Assembly: GCA_965235115.1 (NCBI GenBank)
Contig: OZ249442.1
Location: 18,600,001 to 18,664,000 of the forward strand
From: Laetmonice hystrix
Taxonomy: Eukaryota
Direction: 5' to 3'
Length of the DNA: 64,000 nt
A program made the translations under genes and the position numbers. A model generated the notes under the pieces. That model made no database searches, was not told the origin of the DNA, and saw nothing but the letters and a program-made list of their open reading frames with translations. This document shows, one piece after another, positions 23,021 through 37,324 of the stretch (positions are counted from its first letter, which is position 1; each line of letters starts with the position of its first letter).

Positions 23021-26000
23021 TAACTTGGAGATTGCGCCATTCTTGTGGATGGTCATTTCTCTGATTTGGCACTATAGTGGTGTCTGGTGTGTCCATTCTG
23101 CTGATAAATGTTCCCAAGGTGTGCTGTCTGAACCAGCATCTGAGTGGTCAGCAATAAATGAGTAGCCTTGCCCAGATATCCGCGTGGATCTCTTCCTCCT
23201 CCACTCCCAAGCCGCCTTTGAAAAGCAGTCCCAGATTTGCTTTTCTTGTACCACAGCAATAAAATTATCATGCCCATACCACGTGTTCTGGGCGTACAGT
23301 TGCTGTGGCTGAGTCCACAAATGTGGCTGGTGTGTTAGTTTCCTGTGATAGTATCACTTGGGCGAGGCAAGACCTTGCTGGCACAGAATTCCCTTGCCTG
23401 GCAAAGAAAAAAGGATTACTGGCCCTGCGTCACACATCGCAGAAGTATTTTAACCCAGCAAATTGAAGAAAATATGACATTTTGTAATTTTCCCACTTAT
23501 CAGTAACCTACAGCTGCAATTTATTTATCTGGATTCGCAGGGCTTGCTGATGTAAAGCAATCTCGGAGGCTGAGTGGCTCATTACTATATGAATGTCCAA
23601 ATTTGCCTGTCCGGCAGTGCTGAAAGACCCTTGCTCGAGCCACCCAGCCTGCCACTACCCAGCCAAATTCCTTTATCAGTAATTTAGCTCCCCCCCCCCC
23701 CGAAAAAAATCAGATAAATTTCTGAGGGGTGATATCGGACTGCATGTGTGATAAGAGGAAGGATATATCCATCGGTTCTTATACCGGCTGGGTTTCAGTT
23801 TTCATGATGCCAGGTTTTAAAAGTACATTTCAATATTCTCAAAGACAATCTCTTTGTGCCACCTGAAATCTTGAGAGGTTGAAGATGACAGCAATGCGCA
23901 ACCAGCCCAGAATTTGAAGATGTTACGTCTCGGTTCCAGGGAGAATGCTGGTGCTGTAGAACACCTCTGATTCTCATCATTTTCCTGCTCAATATCTGTA
24001 TTCATAACATGATCAAGTGTATTGGCGACCGGCAGCGTTCTCATATTTGCCATAACCGTGTTACCATTGCTGTCAGCCTAATGCTAAATGTGTTTTTAAT
24101 ACGATGAATGCAGGTCCATTGGTGGAGGTGCGTGGACGTGGAGAGAGGTGTTGGGTTGTGTCTCGGAGAGACCCTCGCCTCCACGTGGTACAAGTGTTCA
24201 GCCTGTCCCCACTACCCTCCAACCCCGACCACTCCAGCAGGGCCATTCCGCCAACAAATTATGTTCATTTACAATTTTCACCCCAAAATTGATTGAACTT
24301 TTTTGCCGCGCTGCCGACCTGCATAGTTCTATAACGAAATACACGTCGACTCGAGTGTGCCTCTGATTTCTAATTTACTTGCCTTGCTATAACTTAATAC
24401 ACCAAGACTGCATCAGTGTAGAGAATGGGGCCATCAGGCAAACTGTGTCCATGGCGGCATGTTCGTGTTGTATTCAAAGTTCCTTTTATACCCATTCTGT
24501 TGACCACTCCTAGTTGAAAGCTTAATTGCATAATAAATATTTTCAATGGGCAAACTGTCACTTGGATTATAGCACACAATTCAGAAACATTCATTACTGT
24601 CAGGCTTATACCAGGATGTTTCCGATAAAGTCATAAGTTAGAAAAGCTACACAATGCTAGAATGGTCAGTTATTATAAAAATGGCAAGCGATTAAATAAT
24701 GATGAGATTTGACATGGATTAATTTATGGAAATTGTTATGAAGTGCAAACTGAGAACTGAGCGGGCGTTCAATGTATGTGAGTGATCAGTCGGAGCAGTG
24801 TTAACATCAAGGTACAAACTGTGTCCTTGGAGTCAGAAAGGAGACTCTGAAGTCGCTGTGGTGCCGAATGATAATAAGATTACCACCAGTTCCTATTGTG
24901 ACTTGAGCATTCAAAGAAACGGCACTACGCCGCCGTGCCAATCGAATCAAGCCTTCACTCCCAGAGGGCAGCAGTGTAGCGTCAGAGTACCATTTTTCAT
25001 GAAGAAGTTTCAGAGATGTTCTGCAAGTGCTTCATCACTGCAGTAGGAATGGAGGGACAATACAAGATGGCTGAAGATCTTTAATAACATCAAGCTGATG
25101 ACAGATGGTGATGATGGGGCTGAAGAATTTCAGGGGACTGCCGCCGCTCATGGGGCGTAATGGTCAATTTATGAGTGAACCAGTTAGACCGCTAGTCCCT
25201 GTTAGACGTCAGTTTCACCAAGGTGTGAAAGAGCTGACGGCAAGATGTTTTGCCAAATGAACCAATTAAAGTGTGGTGTGTGGTATTGCGACTCGTTAGG
25301 ACCGGATGAGATGGGAGGCACATTGAGAGCCGCAGTTGCCATCGGTCACAGAAGTTCATCTTGAGCCTAGCGTTGTCAGGCGGCACCTTCAACAATCAGT
25401 TTGTGGGAAAGCCTCTTATATAACTCCTTATCACCCCACCAGGTGTGGACCCCAACGCGGCTAGCGAAGAACCAAAGCATTAAACACGTCTTCTTGCATC
25501 CTGTTGACAATAAATGGACCTAAGATTGCAAGTTAGTATCACGATATTGATTGTGCCATTAGGAAAATACTGTTCCTTTCTTGAAATCTCTCTGAGGTAG
25601 ATGATATGATAGATATTAACTCTCAATAACAAAGGTTAAAATGTAACTTTTTTTTCATAACATAAGACAAATTTCATTTTCGGAATATGAGGTAAGTATA
25701 GCCCTGCATGATTCAACTTTGCTCGACTATATGGTAATAGTATACCAGGAAGAATGAGTGACCTTGGGCTGACATGCAGCAAAGACATGATTGCTTGACG
25801 TTCTTAGAAGTTCCGTGACACCCAGACAAGTGAGAAGAGACAGTGGGGTCATTTATAGGAGGTCTCACTATCATTAACCACACATGTCTGTCAACGCAGA
25901 ACTTACTAGCCGTAAGTTTCTCTCCATCATCTGTTTGCAAGTTGTGTGTGCAGGACCACCGTTCTGCTGGCACAGATCACTTTCCGATCAAAACACTGGA

Positions 26001-26299
26001 CTACCTCGTCAGCAAAACAGATAGCATGATTAAAATGGTAACCTATTTTATTGATAACATATTTATTTTTATCGTAGGTGTTGACATGTGTATATATTTA
26101 TCGTCATTTTGCCCCCGTTTGCTGCTTTGTAACCACTTACAAATTGCTATACTGGAAATAATATGGAAATTCCATATTAGATGAATTTAATGATTAACAA
26201 CAATCTCCATGTTCTCTAGGCATGCAGTTTGTAGTTAGGAATTAGGCACTTAAGTCTTCACATTCTAAACGTAGATTTGAAAACTATGCCATTGTGTAA

Positions 26300-27100
26300 C
26301 CAAGCGTTTTGGTTCTGGGATTGTGGCTTTAATACTCATTTCTTAAAGTGATCATCATTTTTTCACATTTTCATTTGCAGTTTCATGCCTGCTTATTCAT
26401 AGCCGAACGTGGCTTCCCATAAGCTTTTTCATACATGTTTTCCCAGGCATTGTTCCCTTAATACACAAACAAATTGGATTATGAAGAGATCACCCTAAAG
26501 TAATTTGATTTTCCAATAGCCCAAGGGTTTTAAATCCGAGCACACAGAATTCATGGAAAGAGAGATTGGAGCCGGGAGTATTGATTCACCCGGGAGTTAT
26601 TGTTTTGGAATTGATACATTTCAGTCACCATGTTGGTGTAAACAAAGGGATCGTTATCCTGTTGAAACATAGCGTAGAAAAGCAGAACTGCGTTATCTGG
26701 CAACATTGGTGGCTCAGAGTGGAACAAGGCCGAGTCTTCAACTGACTGGATTAATTTGACCCGGTAGCTATAATTGGATGTGTTGTGGTAATGGCTCCAA
26801 TTGTATTGACCACTTATTCCTGAAAATATTCTTGCTCTGGGATGTGAAGAAGCCTGTTTTCATCTCCTTATTCTCTAGAAGTAATGCGTAAGAAACTATA
26901 GAAACTATGAATTTGATTTCGTCCTCACTGTTGTTTTTTCGGAGTCTTGCTTCTGCAAGAGTTATGTATTTAGATGATCATCGAATTTCTGTGATAACAA
27001 TCCTATGGTTTTGCAACATTTATTGAAGGATTTGAGTCTCATTTGCCTAGGTTTACCTTGATGCAGCTGTTCTTTCGGAAGTGTGCACGTCATATCTGAT
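26300..27100 (-). mobile_element. Decayed Tc1/mariner transposase
   Basis: The minus strand reads SEDEIKF (cf. WSDESKF), HPRARIFSGISGQ, KLIQSVEDSALFHSEPPMLPDN, MFQQDNDP (26647-26670, the Tc1 second-D motif), ARI*NPWAIGK (cf. NPIENLWAILK) and AWENM. In-frame stops present; TIRs not found. Confidence 0.7.
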
Positions 27101-30100
27101 GAAAATGTATCACCGACACCCAGGGGAAATAAATTTGTTCTGGTCTTATTCCTAAAGAATTTGTTCTTTGAATTGAGTGTTTTAAAGGGTGAATTTGTAG
27201 TGAATTGTTGGCCCCTATGCATAGACTGTTAGTAAACAATTGCTTTGGTTGCAACTAGAATTGATATCTTATGCCTCATGAGAAAGAGCCAGGGTAATAT
27301 CTAGGGGGTCGGTTTCAGTAGTAGTGAGGGAACTGAACTACCCGTGCAAAACCATCAGCCGTGCACTACGTAACTACTTACATACGGCAATTAAAGGCAT
27401 TCGAATCCTGAGGTGAGAGGCCCCATGATCGGAGGCTCAGAACACTGAGGGCGCCCTCATCTACCCTGTTATCATGCATGCTGTCTTTCTCTGAAGAATG
27501 ACATTATGCTGAGACAGTTGAAAATACATGCTTTGTGAATAACTCTACATAGGTTGCAAGGAATCTTGGTGGGTCGTTGAGGTTTTATATAAGATATAAG
27601 ACAGGGAGAGAATCAGAGAAAGAGATAGAGATATAGAGGAGGACACATACATGGGAAGATTTGATGGGTTTGTACACAGTAACCGGATAACGTGTGTCTT
27701 GATAACACACGCCACTCGGGAAGGCGGTGACAGGCAAGTGATGCCTTTGCCCTGATTATCTTCAGGGTGACAAATCAAATTTGGGGTGATTGAAGCATGC
27801 TCCGTGGTGCGACCACGAGGTGGGGTGAGAGCGGGGTGAAGGGGACGTCGACTGGGGGTGGGAGACCGGGCAGCACAAGCCCTCTGGTCTCAGTGAAGCA
27901 GTCAGCCAAAACTTATTTAATCATTGCTAATCCAGCATATTTTTATTCCCCCTCCTGTCGTACCCGCTGTCACTCGCTTTGAAATGGGAGAGTAGGGACG
28001 GGCAGTAAGAAGTCAGGCTTTCTCTGGTCGGAATGTCTCATCCTGGGTCAAGTTTTACCACCCGAATGAGTAGCTAACGTTTGGGGAACAACTCACGAAA
28101 TGTTCTTTGACATGTTATTTCGCCTTTTACTGAAAACCAATATAATTTCTTTTATTTCACAATCATGGTAGAGGCATTTTATTCTCCTTTGCAAGTCGTT
28201 TTTTTTTCTTTTAAAAGAAATTGTTGAATAACACTGATCGGTTGTTTGACCCGTATCGTGAAAGAGTCCAAGTTGGGACCGGTGGTGCATTCTGTCATGT
28301 TGTGTAGTGCCAGCAGTGCCGCACCGTCATAACAAGGGACCAGGATTGCGAATGGGGCCAGTGGTGCTGTAACCCTTGCTGACCCTACCCTCAGCCAGAG
28401 CACCACCCAGCATGTAAGTTTACACTGGGTTGCCAACCACTTGCCCTTCAGGGCCCGTTGCCATAGCAACGCCAGGAAGCCGTCTGAAGGACCCTCACAT
28501 TTCTTAGAGGCCAGAAATTCATTTTCCATTTATCTCTCCACAGCCCTGTGGTTTTCATTAGATTAATTGGTCGAGGTTATCTGAGATTGAAGCTGTGTTC
28601 GAGAATGAAGTGGAAAGAGGTTGAGTGTTGGCCACTTGTTTATGATGACCAGGGGAAAACTACCACAACCAGTGTTTTCTGGACACCCGCTTTTGTCTTC
28701 AGGTCCCAGTGGAAGGGGGAAGAGGAGGTCGGGACGAAAAAAGTAAACAAAAATTGAAGTATAAGATACATTAAGGCTGCCTTATTTTGAAATTCATCAA
28801 GCCATCAAATTTGAAATGTGAAACAATGCACCGAAGATCGGGTACCCTCACTGACTGCCCTGATAAAATTCCAACTTGAGCGAGGCATGATTTAAACTCC
28901 CATTTTCATATGCTGCTTGGTCGAATTAGCTTTGACGCAAATTGCGTGGGTGTGTTAAGTATGCAGGCTCTCAGAATTAATTTTACACACCGAATGCTTA
29001 GATAGTAAAAAAGATAGCACATGTCTGCATGCAGGAACCTTACGATCATTTGACACCTTAACATGTAAGACCTTTTCATCTCAAGCCGTAATCCTCATCG
29101 GAGCCGTTATTTAGTCTTTTTGAACCCTCGTTCCACCTTGTACTCAGTAACACTGAAGGCATGTGGAAACCTATGTAATAGTGCTGAAAACCTATGTGCT
29201 GCATTGCTATATAACCCGGGATAGCGGTCTGAATCGTGGGATTTCTGATAATGACTACTGGGCAGGTGAGAGAAATAGTATGCCCTCATGGTGCCATCTT
29301 TGTCTTCTGGGTCTTTCTTCTATAGACTCGCCCACTGTCCCAACTGCACCAGTTTATATTGATAAATAACATGATTCTCAAAACAAGGGCAAGTCAAAAA
29401 GCAGCATTGCGTTACAAGTGAAAAATCAATTTGGAGCCATCGACTTTGATGTAATGGTTTATTCAAACTATAGCCTGCCAGTAACACGTGGCTTGTGTTG
29501 GTTCCCCAGGGGGATACGCAAACCTGGTAGACGGGGAGGAGGCACAGCTCAGATTATAGTTGGGGAAACATTTTGAGAGCTTATTATGATATGTAAACTT
29601 GTATTTCATGACAAAGTTCTCAACATAGAAGGGTATATCTGCTGTCTTTTAAATGAAAACGTGTTCCCATGAGCCTTTTCAGGAGCAAACAAGGTGTACA
29701 CAAAAATGAAACGGATGCAGACAAAGCGAAAGAAAAGAGATCAAATATCCTTAAACTGTGACCTTGGATAGGAGCATACAAAATGATAAGCATGCTAAAA
29801 GATTTGTTATCACTCTCAATGGATTACGGATAGAAGCAACCCATTTGTAAAAGTAACCACGTGTAAAAAGTAAAGAATCGTGTAAATAGGTAGTGTATAC
29901 ATGAGAAGGTTGCCACGTGAGTAGCTGAGAGTCATCATCAGAAGTTCCTATGACTGTTGTGTGTCATGAGACTGTGATGGGATTGAGTCATGATATCTGA
30001 CTACCAATGATTTATCTGACTACTGTTTCCTGGTGAGAGATATCCTATTGTGTCCAAAAAATGAACAGTTAATTTCAGAATTAAATTGAGAAAAATGTAA

Positions 30101-33100
30101 GAACTGTCTGATTTCTGCTGCATTGGTGTACTATTTGAGTTAATCAGGTAAAACCTAGGCCTGTCATCTGAAAGAGAACATGAAACAAAAGATGAAAATG
30201 ATTACCTTAACATCAGGCTATCATATCTCCTACCTTTCATCTGACTACAAAAGTATCGTCCATCCTTAAATTCACTCCTCTGTTATTTTAGTCGATATTC
30301 TCTGGATGTTTTTCCGTCTAATTTAATGGATATTACGTGCATCGTGATGATCACAGAAGATCTCTTGACAGATCCTTGTGGACGATTGTAGTAACAAAAG
30401 GTATGGGAATCGTAAAGGAAATCATCTTTGTTTTAAATATTGTTGTCATAAAAATTCCTTCAGAAGAAACAATTGTCCATTGTGTTAGGAGTAATCCGTA
30501 CTGAGCATGGCCATTAAGGTGATGCAGAATGCTTTTCTCTATCGTTAAGGCATCTTTCAGAAGTTGGTGATGGAAACTTTACGGCCTTCTATCACAGAAG
30601 GTCATTGACATTTTTTTTGTCTTATGCTGACCCCTGACGTCAGGGTAGGGTGTTTTATCTTGGCTGCTTCAGAAGCCGCGCCTTTGCCCTCCGACAGAGA
30701 TCCAGTGAAGCACCCCTTCGAGCAAAGATTAGTGTTTGATCTTGCCTGGTCCAAGCAAATTATTGAAATTATCAAAATTACATAGACCGTTAGAGGCACA
30801 CCTACTGTGCGCTGGAATGGCATTTCAGATCCAGCGAGTCTCCAATACAGCGTCAGCGCTGCACTCACTGCATCCGGGGATAATTATTGAATTTACCCCA
30901 CAATGAGAACGTATTCCTGGTTTGCAGGTTTTATTTTTGTTCTGTACTGTTGGTTGCATGGCTGGGACAGAATGTACCAGTGTTATTAAACGATTATGGG
31001 GGTGATAGTTTTCATTGAACCGAGTGCACTGCAACGGTGGGTCTTATCAAATGAGTTGATCGTTCACAATTAATGGTATAGAAAAAGACCATGACAAGGA
31101 GTAAACAGCCTTATATTACGCCATTATCGGCAGTCGTTGAGTTTGAGAGGACGGTGCCTCGTCTGTATTTTCAAAAGCAAGCTTTGTTTTGCTATGACAG
31201 GAGATACCAGTTCCCGATCAACACCTGTGAAATTTGTTTTTAATTGGACATGCTAGCCGAAAGGTCTTTGAGTGCAGAAGCCAACAGCAAGTGGTTGCAT
31301 TTGCAGGAACTGCTTATTCATTGGCGACGAGGAACACTTTGAAGCTCGTGTACCCAGCTCCAAATTAACACCTTTTTAGATAAACGAGTCCAAATACATC
31401 ATAGCATGGAATCTGCCACCAGGTGTCTCTGCACACAATGCCTGCTAACAACACAGAGAGACACATCCACAAGTAATCACACAGACGCTCACCGATGGGC
31501 CCCACTGTGTGCACCGTTTCATCTTCATCAGTTTTCACCCTAGTAACGTTTCTGGCGCTCCCACACTCTCTTCACACACCTGACCCATTGTTTAATTCAC
31601 AATAGCCACCTTAGGCTACACCTGTACCATTACCGTGTTTTTCCCGTTCCACTCAGTATTCTACCACATCCATTAAGGCCCCATGTACTTTATGTCTTCT
31701 GTCTCCAACTTGGGCTAGCATAGTCGTCTTCCTGCAGGCACCAGTTGACTATGCTAACATCACAACATGATATACACAGCTTCACACGTGGCATTCGCCT
31801 GTAAACCGGAAATTCTGCCAAAGCATAGTCTCTGATTCTAAACTTTCTGTACAAAAATGAAAGGAGGATCCTTCTCTAGCTAGAGGTATGTAATCTATAG
31901 AATGTATAGATATACAAACAAAAATCAAACAAAAACTTCTTGGCGACTCCGACTCTTCGAATAACTGAAGATTACCTGATTTTTGATACTTTATTTTGAA
32001 CCTCGAAATCGCCTGATGAGCCCTCCTGGTTACATAGTTTCTCAATGTATCTTTATGTATATTTCTTTGTATAGGCCTACTATTGATTATTACTATCGAC
32101 TCATAATATAGAGCAATTATTAATTTAGTGGCTGGTTTGGAGGCGGTCTGAAGGCCAGGTTTATCGTCAAAGTGCTAGTATGTAAGAAACTGTGACGGAA
32201 TCAAGAAGAAATAGAAAAATGTATTTTAAATTTGTCTTCGTTTGGGTCTCAGATCAATGAGGTAAGCCAACACCTGATACAGGTGAAAACTTTGTATAGT
32301 GTTTAATTTTGGAAGGGATGGTGTTCTCAGGGCGCATGTACCGGTAGAAGAGACATTCCTGGAGGAATCTGTGTATGGAACCGACCGTCCGTGCATGTGA
32401 AGCATGCGTCACTTCATGGCATTGCATGATTGTTGCTGCTACAACTGGTGCTGCTGCTGCCGCCACTGCTACCGCCACACATCATGCTTGTGTGTTACCA
32501 CCCAGGGCGGGCACACTAATCTCGGCAATCAGTAGGGTGTCAAAGGGGGTTGAGCATCTTGGGGGTGATTCCCTCGGGTAGGGGTAATGGGGGCACTCCC
32601 AAAGGGCCTAGGACTGTTTTGGTGAAGGACACAGAATGGTAAGAATGGTACCCTTGAGGTTTGTGACGGATCATGGCGGTTGTTGGAAAGGGTGCAGTAA
32701 GTCAGGGGGTGAAATCTCTGGTGAGGGGCTCACATTGGGCTCTAGGGAACCAATCGCCTATGGAGTGCTCCTTGTATCACCCCTTTCAAACCTGTCTCTG
32801 CCTAATGAAAATTTGCTGTAAACTAATTAATAACCACTTTTTTCACATAGGCAATATTGAGAATCCCATGAATTGTCTCTGAGAACCCCAAGGGGCATTG
32901 CTAATAGTCAATCGATGAGTTATGCTCCTCCATGGTAAGAAGTATATTTTTTTTAATTATGTAAAAGGGACAATAGTTTCTATTCATATAGCCCCAGATC
33001 TGTGTTTGAGCTAGGCTTTATCATGACACATATATATGCAAAGGCCGAGAAGTCCTTCTATGAAAGCAATTTCAGTTTTGTATTTTTGTTAAGGTATCAT

Positions 33101-35540
33101 TATTCCATGTTTGGTCCACAGATCACCTCATTTTTGTTCGTGAATGGTGAATTAACGTGGTAATGAACAGGCTAGAGGATAAGACTCATTTTCTGTGACA
33201 GGCTAAGATCAGAAGTTCAGCTCGTTCCAAAAACGGCCACACCAATAGGCAGTATTAAAAAATTGTAATATTATCTACATATATAAAAATTGTGGCCGGG
33301 ATCCTCACAAGCAATTAAAACCTTTGGTTACAGCAGGATTAGCATCGAGATTGCAATGAAATGGTTAATTGTCGATGTCTAAAAAAGGTGGGGTCAGGTG
33401 AAGCTAAATGAGGCAAGCATCAGTCGTTTAATCATCCATCTGATGAGGTGCTAATGGCACATCTGACATATAGAGCCTTGGTCATTACTGGCTTGATAAA
33501 CCATAGCTGAGTGCCTACTGCAGAATGCCATGCAATCATTGACGCTCTTGTTTTCTAGCTGCGTTTATTCTTATTAACGGTGGTGCCTAATTCACTTCGT
33601 ACCATCGGGAAAGGCATCCATATTTTCCTAATAATTGAACGTCTCGGTCCTAATTGTTCATTTCAGGTCCTAGCTTTGCTATTATTGCCAATGAAAAGTT
33701 TAATAAGCAATGCGAGTAGCCACGAATGGGATAAATACTGATTCTCACAAAGGCAGGCGTTCAGCGAATGAAAGAGTATCGATCAATTAACACCCTATTT
33801 GCGGCATTGTGTGCTGCCATTTGCAGGTCTTTAAGACACACTTAAACTGTCAACATAAAAACCCCTACCACAGAAACAATAACAACAAAAGCTACACAGT
33901 GGTGACAATTACTAGAGGCAGGGCATTTTAAACATCAATATCTACAGAATGGAGGGTGGTCTGTGCACTTTTTCATATTTGCCTTATTAAAACGTCAAGG
34001 TCTGTAATTCAATAGGGAAATCTCGTTTGATTGCAAATGTTTTAAATTTTAATTATGTGTAATGTAGGGGAAGGTGCTTCATTGATGTGGCTGCACCTGA
34101 CAATGAAGCAGGAATCTCAGACATTCTCAGCCTTTTTGCTTCCCGCAGCATGATGCTAGACACAAAGGCTTAGAGAGTGACATGATTGCTTTGTCAGCCT
34201 TTCCCTGGCATCTATCTCTAATTGTTTCCATCTTTCGCAAGCAGCCTCGTAGGCATTAATCCCATGCCGGGTAAAGATATCTGTTTGTCAGGGAATCTCT
34301 GGGATAGTGTGAGAGCATCAGAAGATGAGGGAATTTCATTGGATTTTCACTCGGAATGCGGTAATCAAAGAGACAGGGTTTTAAGAGGCATATCTTTACT
34401 GAAATGGCTACACAAGAAAATCCATTGTCTTTTTGTCTGAACATATGGTTAGAATTGTCAAATACAATTGTTGCAACATAGAACGAATAATAAGGGGAGA
34501 TTAGAAAGTGTCTAAGCTAGATTACTGATATCTTTTTTTACAAAACCTTTTTATAGAAATGTAGTTGTGGGCATTCCAGACGGCCAAAGAAGGTGATCGG
34601 CAAGTTGGTAAATTGTAACTTGTTTCATATTTAACCATACCATCTCCATTCTGGCTTCAAGTTGCAAAGGTCATCTTGCAGCGTGCTTGGTGGGAAACAG
34701 TCAGTTGGAATCGGCATAACCTGAAATACACGACGGCATAGCCTCTAACCACAGTAAACATGGCCATGGCCAAAGATGTGCACCTCATTTCATTTATTTC
34801 ATCAAAGGCTGGCATACTTTCCGTAATTCATTGAAGGATGTACGCCACCTACACCTCAGTGGTCATCGGGTCTGAAAAATTACTTTCCTGGAGACAAGGA
34901 TGCTTTTGGACATTGTGGCAGTTGCAACGGTTGAAAGAGCCTTCAGGGCAGTGGAACAAAGCCTGCGACAGGGAATGGGCCAGCTTCCTTCTGACCTCTG
35001 TAGCCAGCATCACTGTGACCCAGCCACGTGCTCTGGAGCAGTAATTGTTGAAACCATGCTAAGTAAATATGAAATTAAATCAATTTTCATCCGTCATTTA
35101 TATATATATATAGCCAGAAACCATGACCTTGGCCTTATAATAGATTTAGAGGCACTAAAATTAATGCCAACTATTTTAATGAAAGTTGTCCTCCTTTTGC
35201 CTGAATGTAAAACAAAATGGCATCGGCAGTAAGATTAAACTTCTTATTTTCATGAAACTTTGTGTATTGCTTTATATTGCCAGTTCCTAGGATAAGGTTC
35301 GATATTTGGCCACATTAAGTCAGTATAACTAGGTCAACTGACACCTCATCGATTAAATATTGGATTTGGTGTAAGCAGGATGACCTGGTCCATTGACTCA
35401 TTGACTGTTTCACCTGAGTTTGATAATGGACAAAGTAGAGTGAGAGTCACAAGGACAGTTAGAAACTATTTAATAAACTTGTTAACTCATTATTTTGGCA
35501 AACATCAGGACACTGTTACATATTAAGGTCCATAGACAGG

Positions 35541-35592
35541 AATGAAACCAGTGCAGTATGAAAAAAAATGAAACCAGTGCAATATGAAAAAT
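35541..35592. repeat. Two-copy 26-bp tandem duplication (aatgaaaccagtgcaRtatgaaaaaW)
   Basis: Units at 35541-35566 and 35567-35592 differ at 2 positions. Confidence 0.9.
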
Positions 35593-36369
35593 AATACTAT
35601 TCAATAGATCAGCTAGTAGCATTATGTATTACAATGAAATACCAATGCCACTTTTCCCATGTTTTTGTGTTTAACAAAGGCATTGCCCAGTACATTGCGG
35701 TACATTGGACTATTACAGTTATCCATATGATAAAAAGAAAATTAATTGATGAAAATTGTTTTCCAGTTATGCAGCCATCCTTTCCATCTCTACTTTTTCT
35801 TTTCACAATCCGTTCCAGCACAAAACTAGCTCCAGATTAAGGTAGTCAACACAGGGCCCTAGTCTAAGAATTTTGCCTGCTGCCCTTTTAGAATTTTAGA
35901 TTTGTGGCTCTGCTTCTCGACACTCGTAAGAGGTGGCTGAATATAGGCTTCCACAACCAGATAATTCAACGAGATACTAAGTGATTATACTGACATTTGG
36001 CAGCCTTGAAGATAGATGCACTTCGTGTCCAATATTTTGAAAGAATTCCCCTTCACTCACTTGTAAGAACATGAACATTATGATTTAGTGTATCACATTG
36101 AGTTGAATTTTCTGAGATAATTTCCATACACTTAACAATAAGGTCTTGTTTTGTATCAGTCTGATAATTTAGAAATCATTTCGAATCCTAATTATTTTTC
36201 AGAATAGGAAAATGTAGCTTCGTCTATTTAAAGGTGTAAAGTAACAGATTGAAATCTAATCTATTCTGTATTTTTCATTTATTAGTACAGAGTTTACAAA
36301 TTCGTCCTCTATAAAAGCATTTCTTTACATATTATTTCTTGCTGACCTGGAGTAATTGGCTATCATTTT

Positions 36370-36830
36370 CAAGTGTTAAGCCTATCATTTATCTAATTAG
36401 GAACTATTATTAATTTCAAATGGACTCAGATTATTAAAGAGTAATGGAATACCCTTTGTTCTGATGACAAATATGTTTTTCGGAAGGGACCTCCTGTTCC
36501 CAACTGAAAAATTGAAATTGCGAATTTCAAGTAATTTGTCAAGCATTGTATGTCAGGAAGGGCTTTATTTGTATAGAGCAATTCCTGTACTGTTCAGGTG
36601 GAATCGTTTTATTGTGAGAGTCATGACAGATTGGGTATTTTCTTTCAATAATAATCTCCTTTTATTTCACCTATTGGCTGGATCAGATTAGGTCCTTTCT
36701 ATATTAATGAATCGTTTAAACTATTATCGTTCCTCCTCGCAGTATTCTAACTAGGCAGTCATTTTCTTTCATTTGTATTGGTATCAAGTTTGGTGAAGAA
36801 CTTTTTGTAGGCATCTTTTTATTTATATTT
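36370..36830 (-). mobile_element. Possible CR1/L2 LINE 3'-end relics
   Basis: The minus strand reads NTARRND...SLI*KGPNL...GEIK and IRTKGIPLLFNNLSPFEINNSS, reminiscent of the YNTR...Y.GP.LWN.LP..IK C-terminus. Very degraded. Confidence 0.3.
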
Positions 36831-37149
36831 GTTAAGATGTTCATAATATGGATTGCTTTACAGTGATTCCGCATTTTGTAAGGGTTTTAAGTCCACATAG
36901 GAAACTTAAATCAAGTTTAAATAAGCACACTTGAAACCAACATTGAGGAAAAGAAAAGGTTTTGTCCTGCCTTCAAAGGTACAAGTGAATATCACGATTA
37001 CTTCAGAGTTCAGACAAAGTATGTTAAGTTTGAGGGAAAGTATAAGTTCAGATTGTGATCATCAAATTCATTGATTACACGGTCCCACAAAAACATCAGA
37101 AACAGACTTGGAAAACTGGAAATTGAAGCAGTAATAATAGGAGGGGTCT

Positions 37150-37324
37150 CAGGGTTGCCTGCAGGCCCGATTTGGGAGCGCCCCCCCCCCCCCCCCCCAA
37201 TTAGTTACTTCCACCAAAGTTTTCTGGCTTTTTTTTGCAAACCTACCGCTAAGCTACCCCCTATGATCTCTTCATTCCCCCTCTAAAGGCTGTCCACTCC
37301 CCCGAAATCCTCCAGGAAACCCAT
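37150..37324. mobile_element. Degenerate 175-bp MITE with CAGGGTT(T/G)CCTG-type TIRs and an internal C18 tract
   Basis: Left end CAGGGTTGCCTGCAGG versus the reverse complement of the right end ATGGGTTTCCTGGAGG (12/16 match). No TSD. Confidence 0.45.

Noticed and set aside
25228-25248. miR-31-like GGCAAGATGTT
   Set aside because: The match ends after ~11 nt and there is no precursor fold.
29466-29561. 96-bp segment with 10/12 inverted ends (aactatagcctg / cagattatagtt)
   Set aside because: Short, imperfect and single-copy in the window; cannot be distinguished from chance.
30300-30560. DNCFF...NKDDF string resembling a CACTA/CMC-type transposase C-terminus; also weak LINE-like strings at 17.9-18.2, 47.1, 53.3 and 57.9 kb
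   Set aside because: One or two short motifs each, with many stops; not enough to call without an HMM search.
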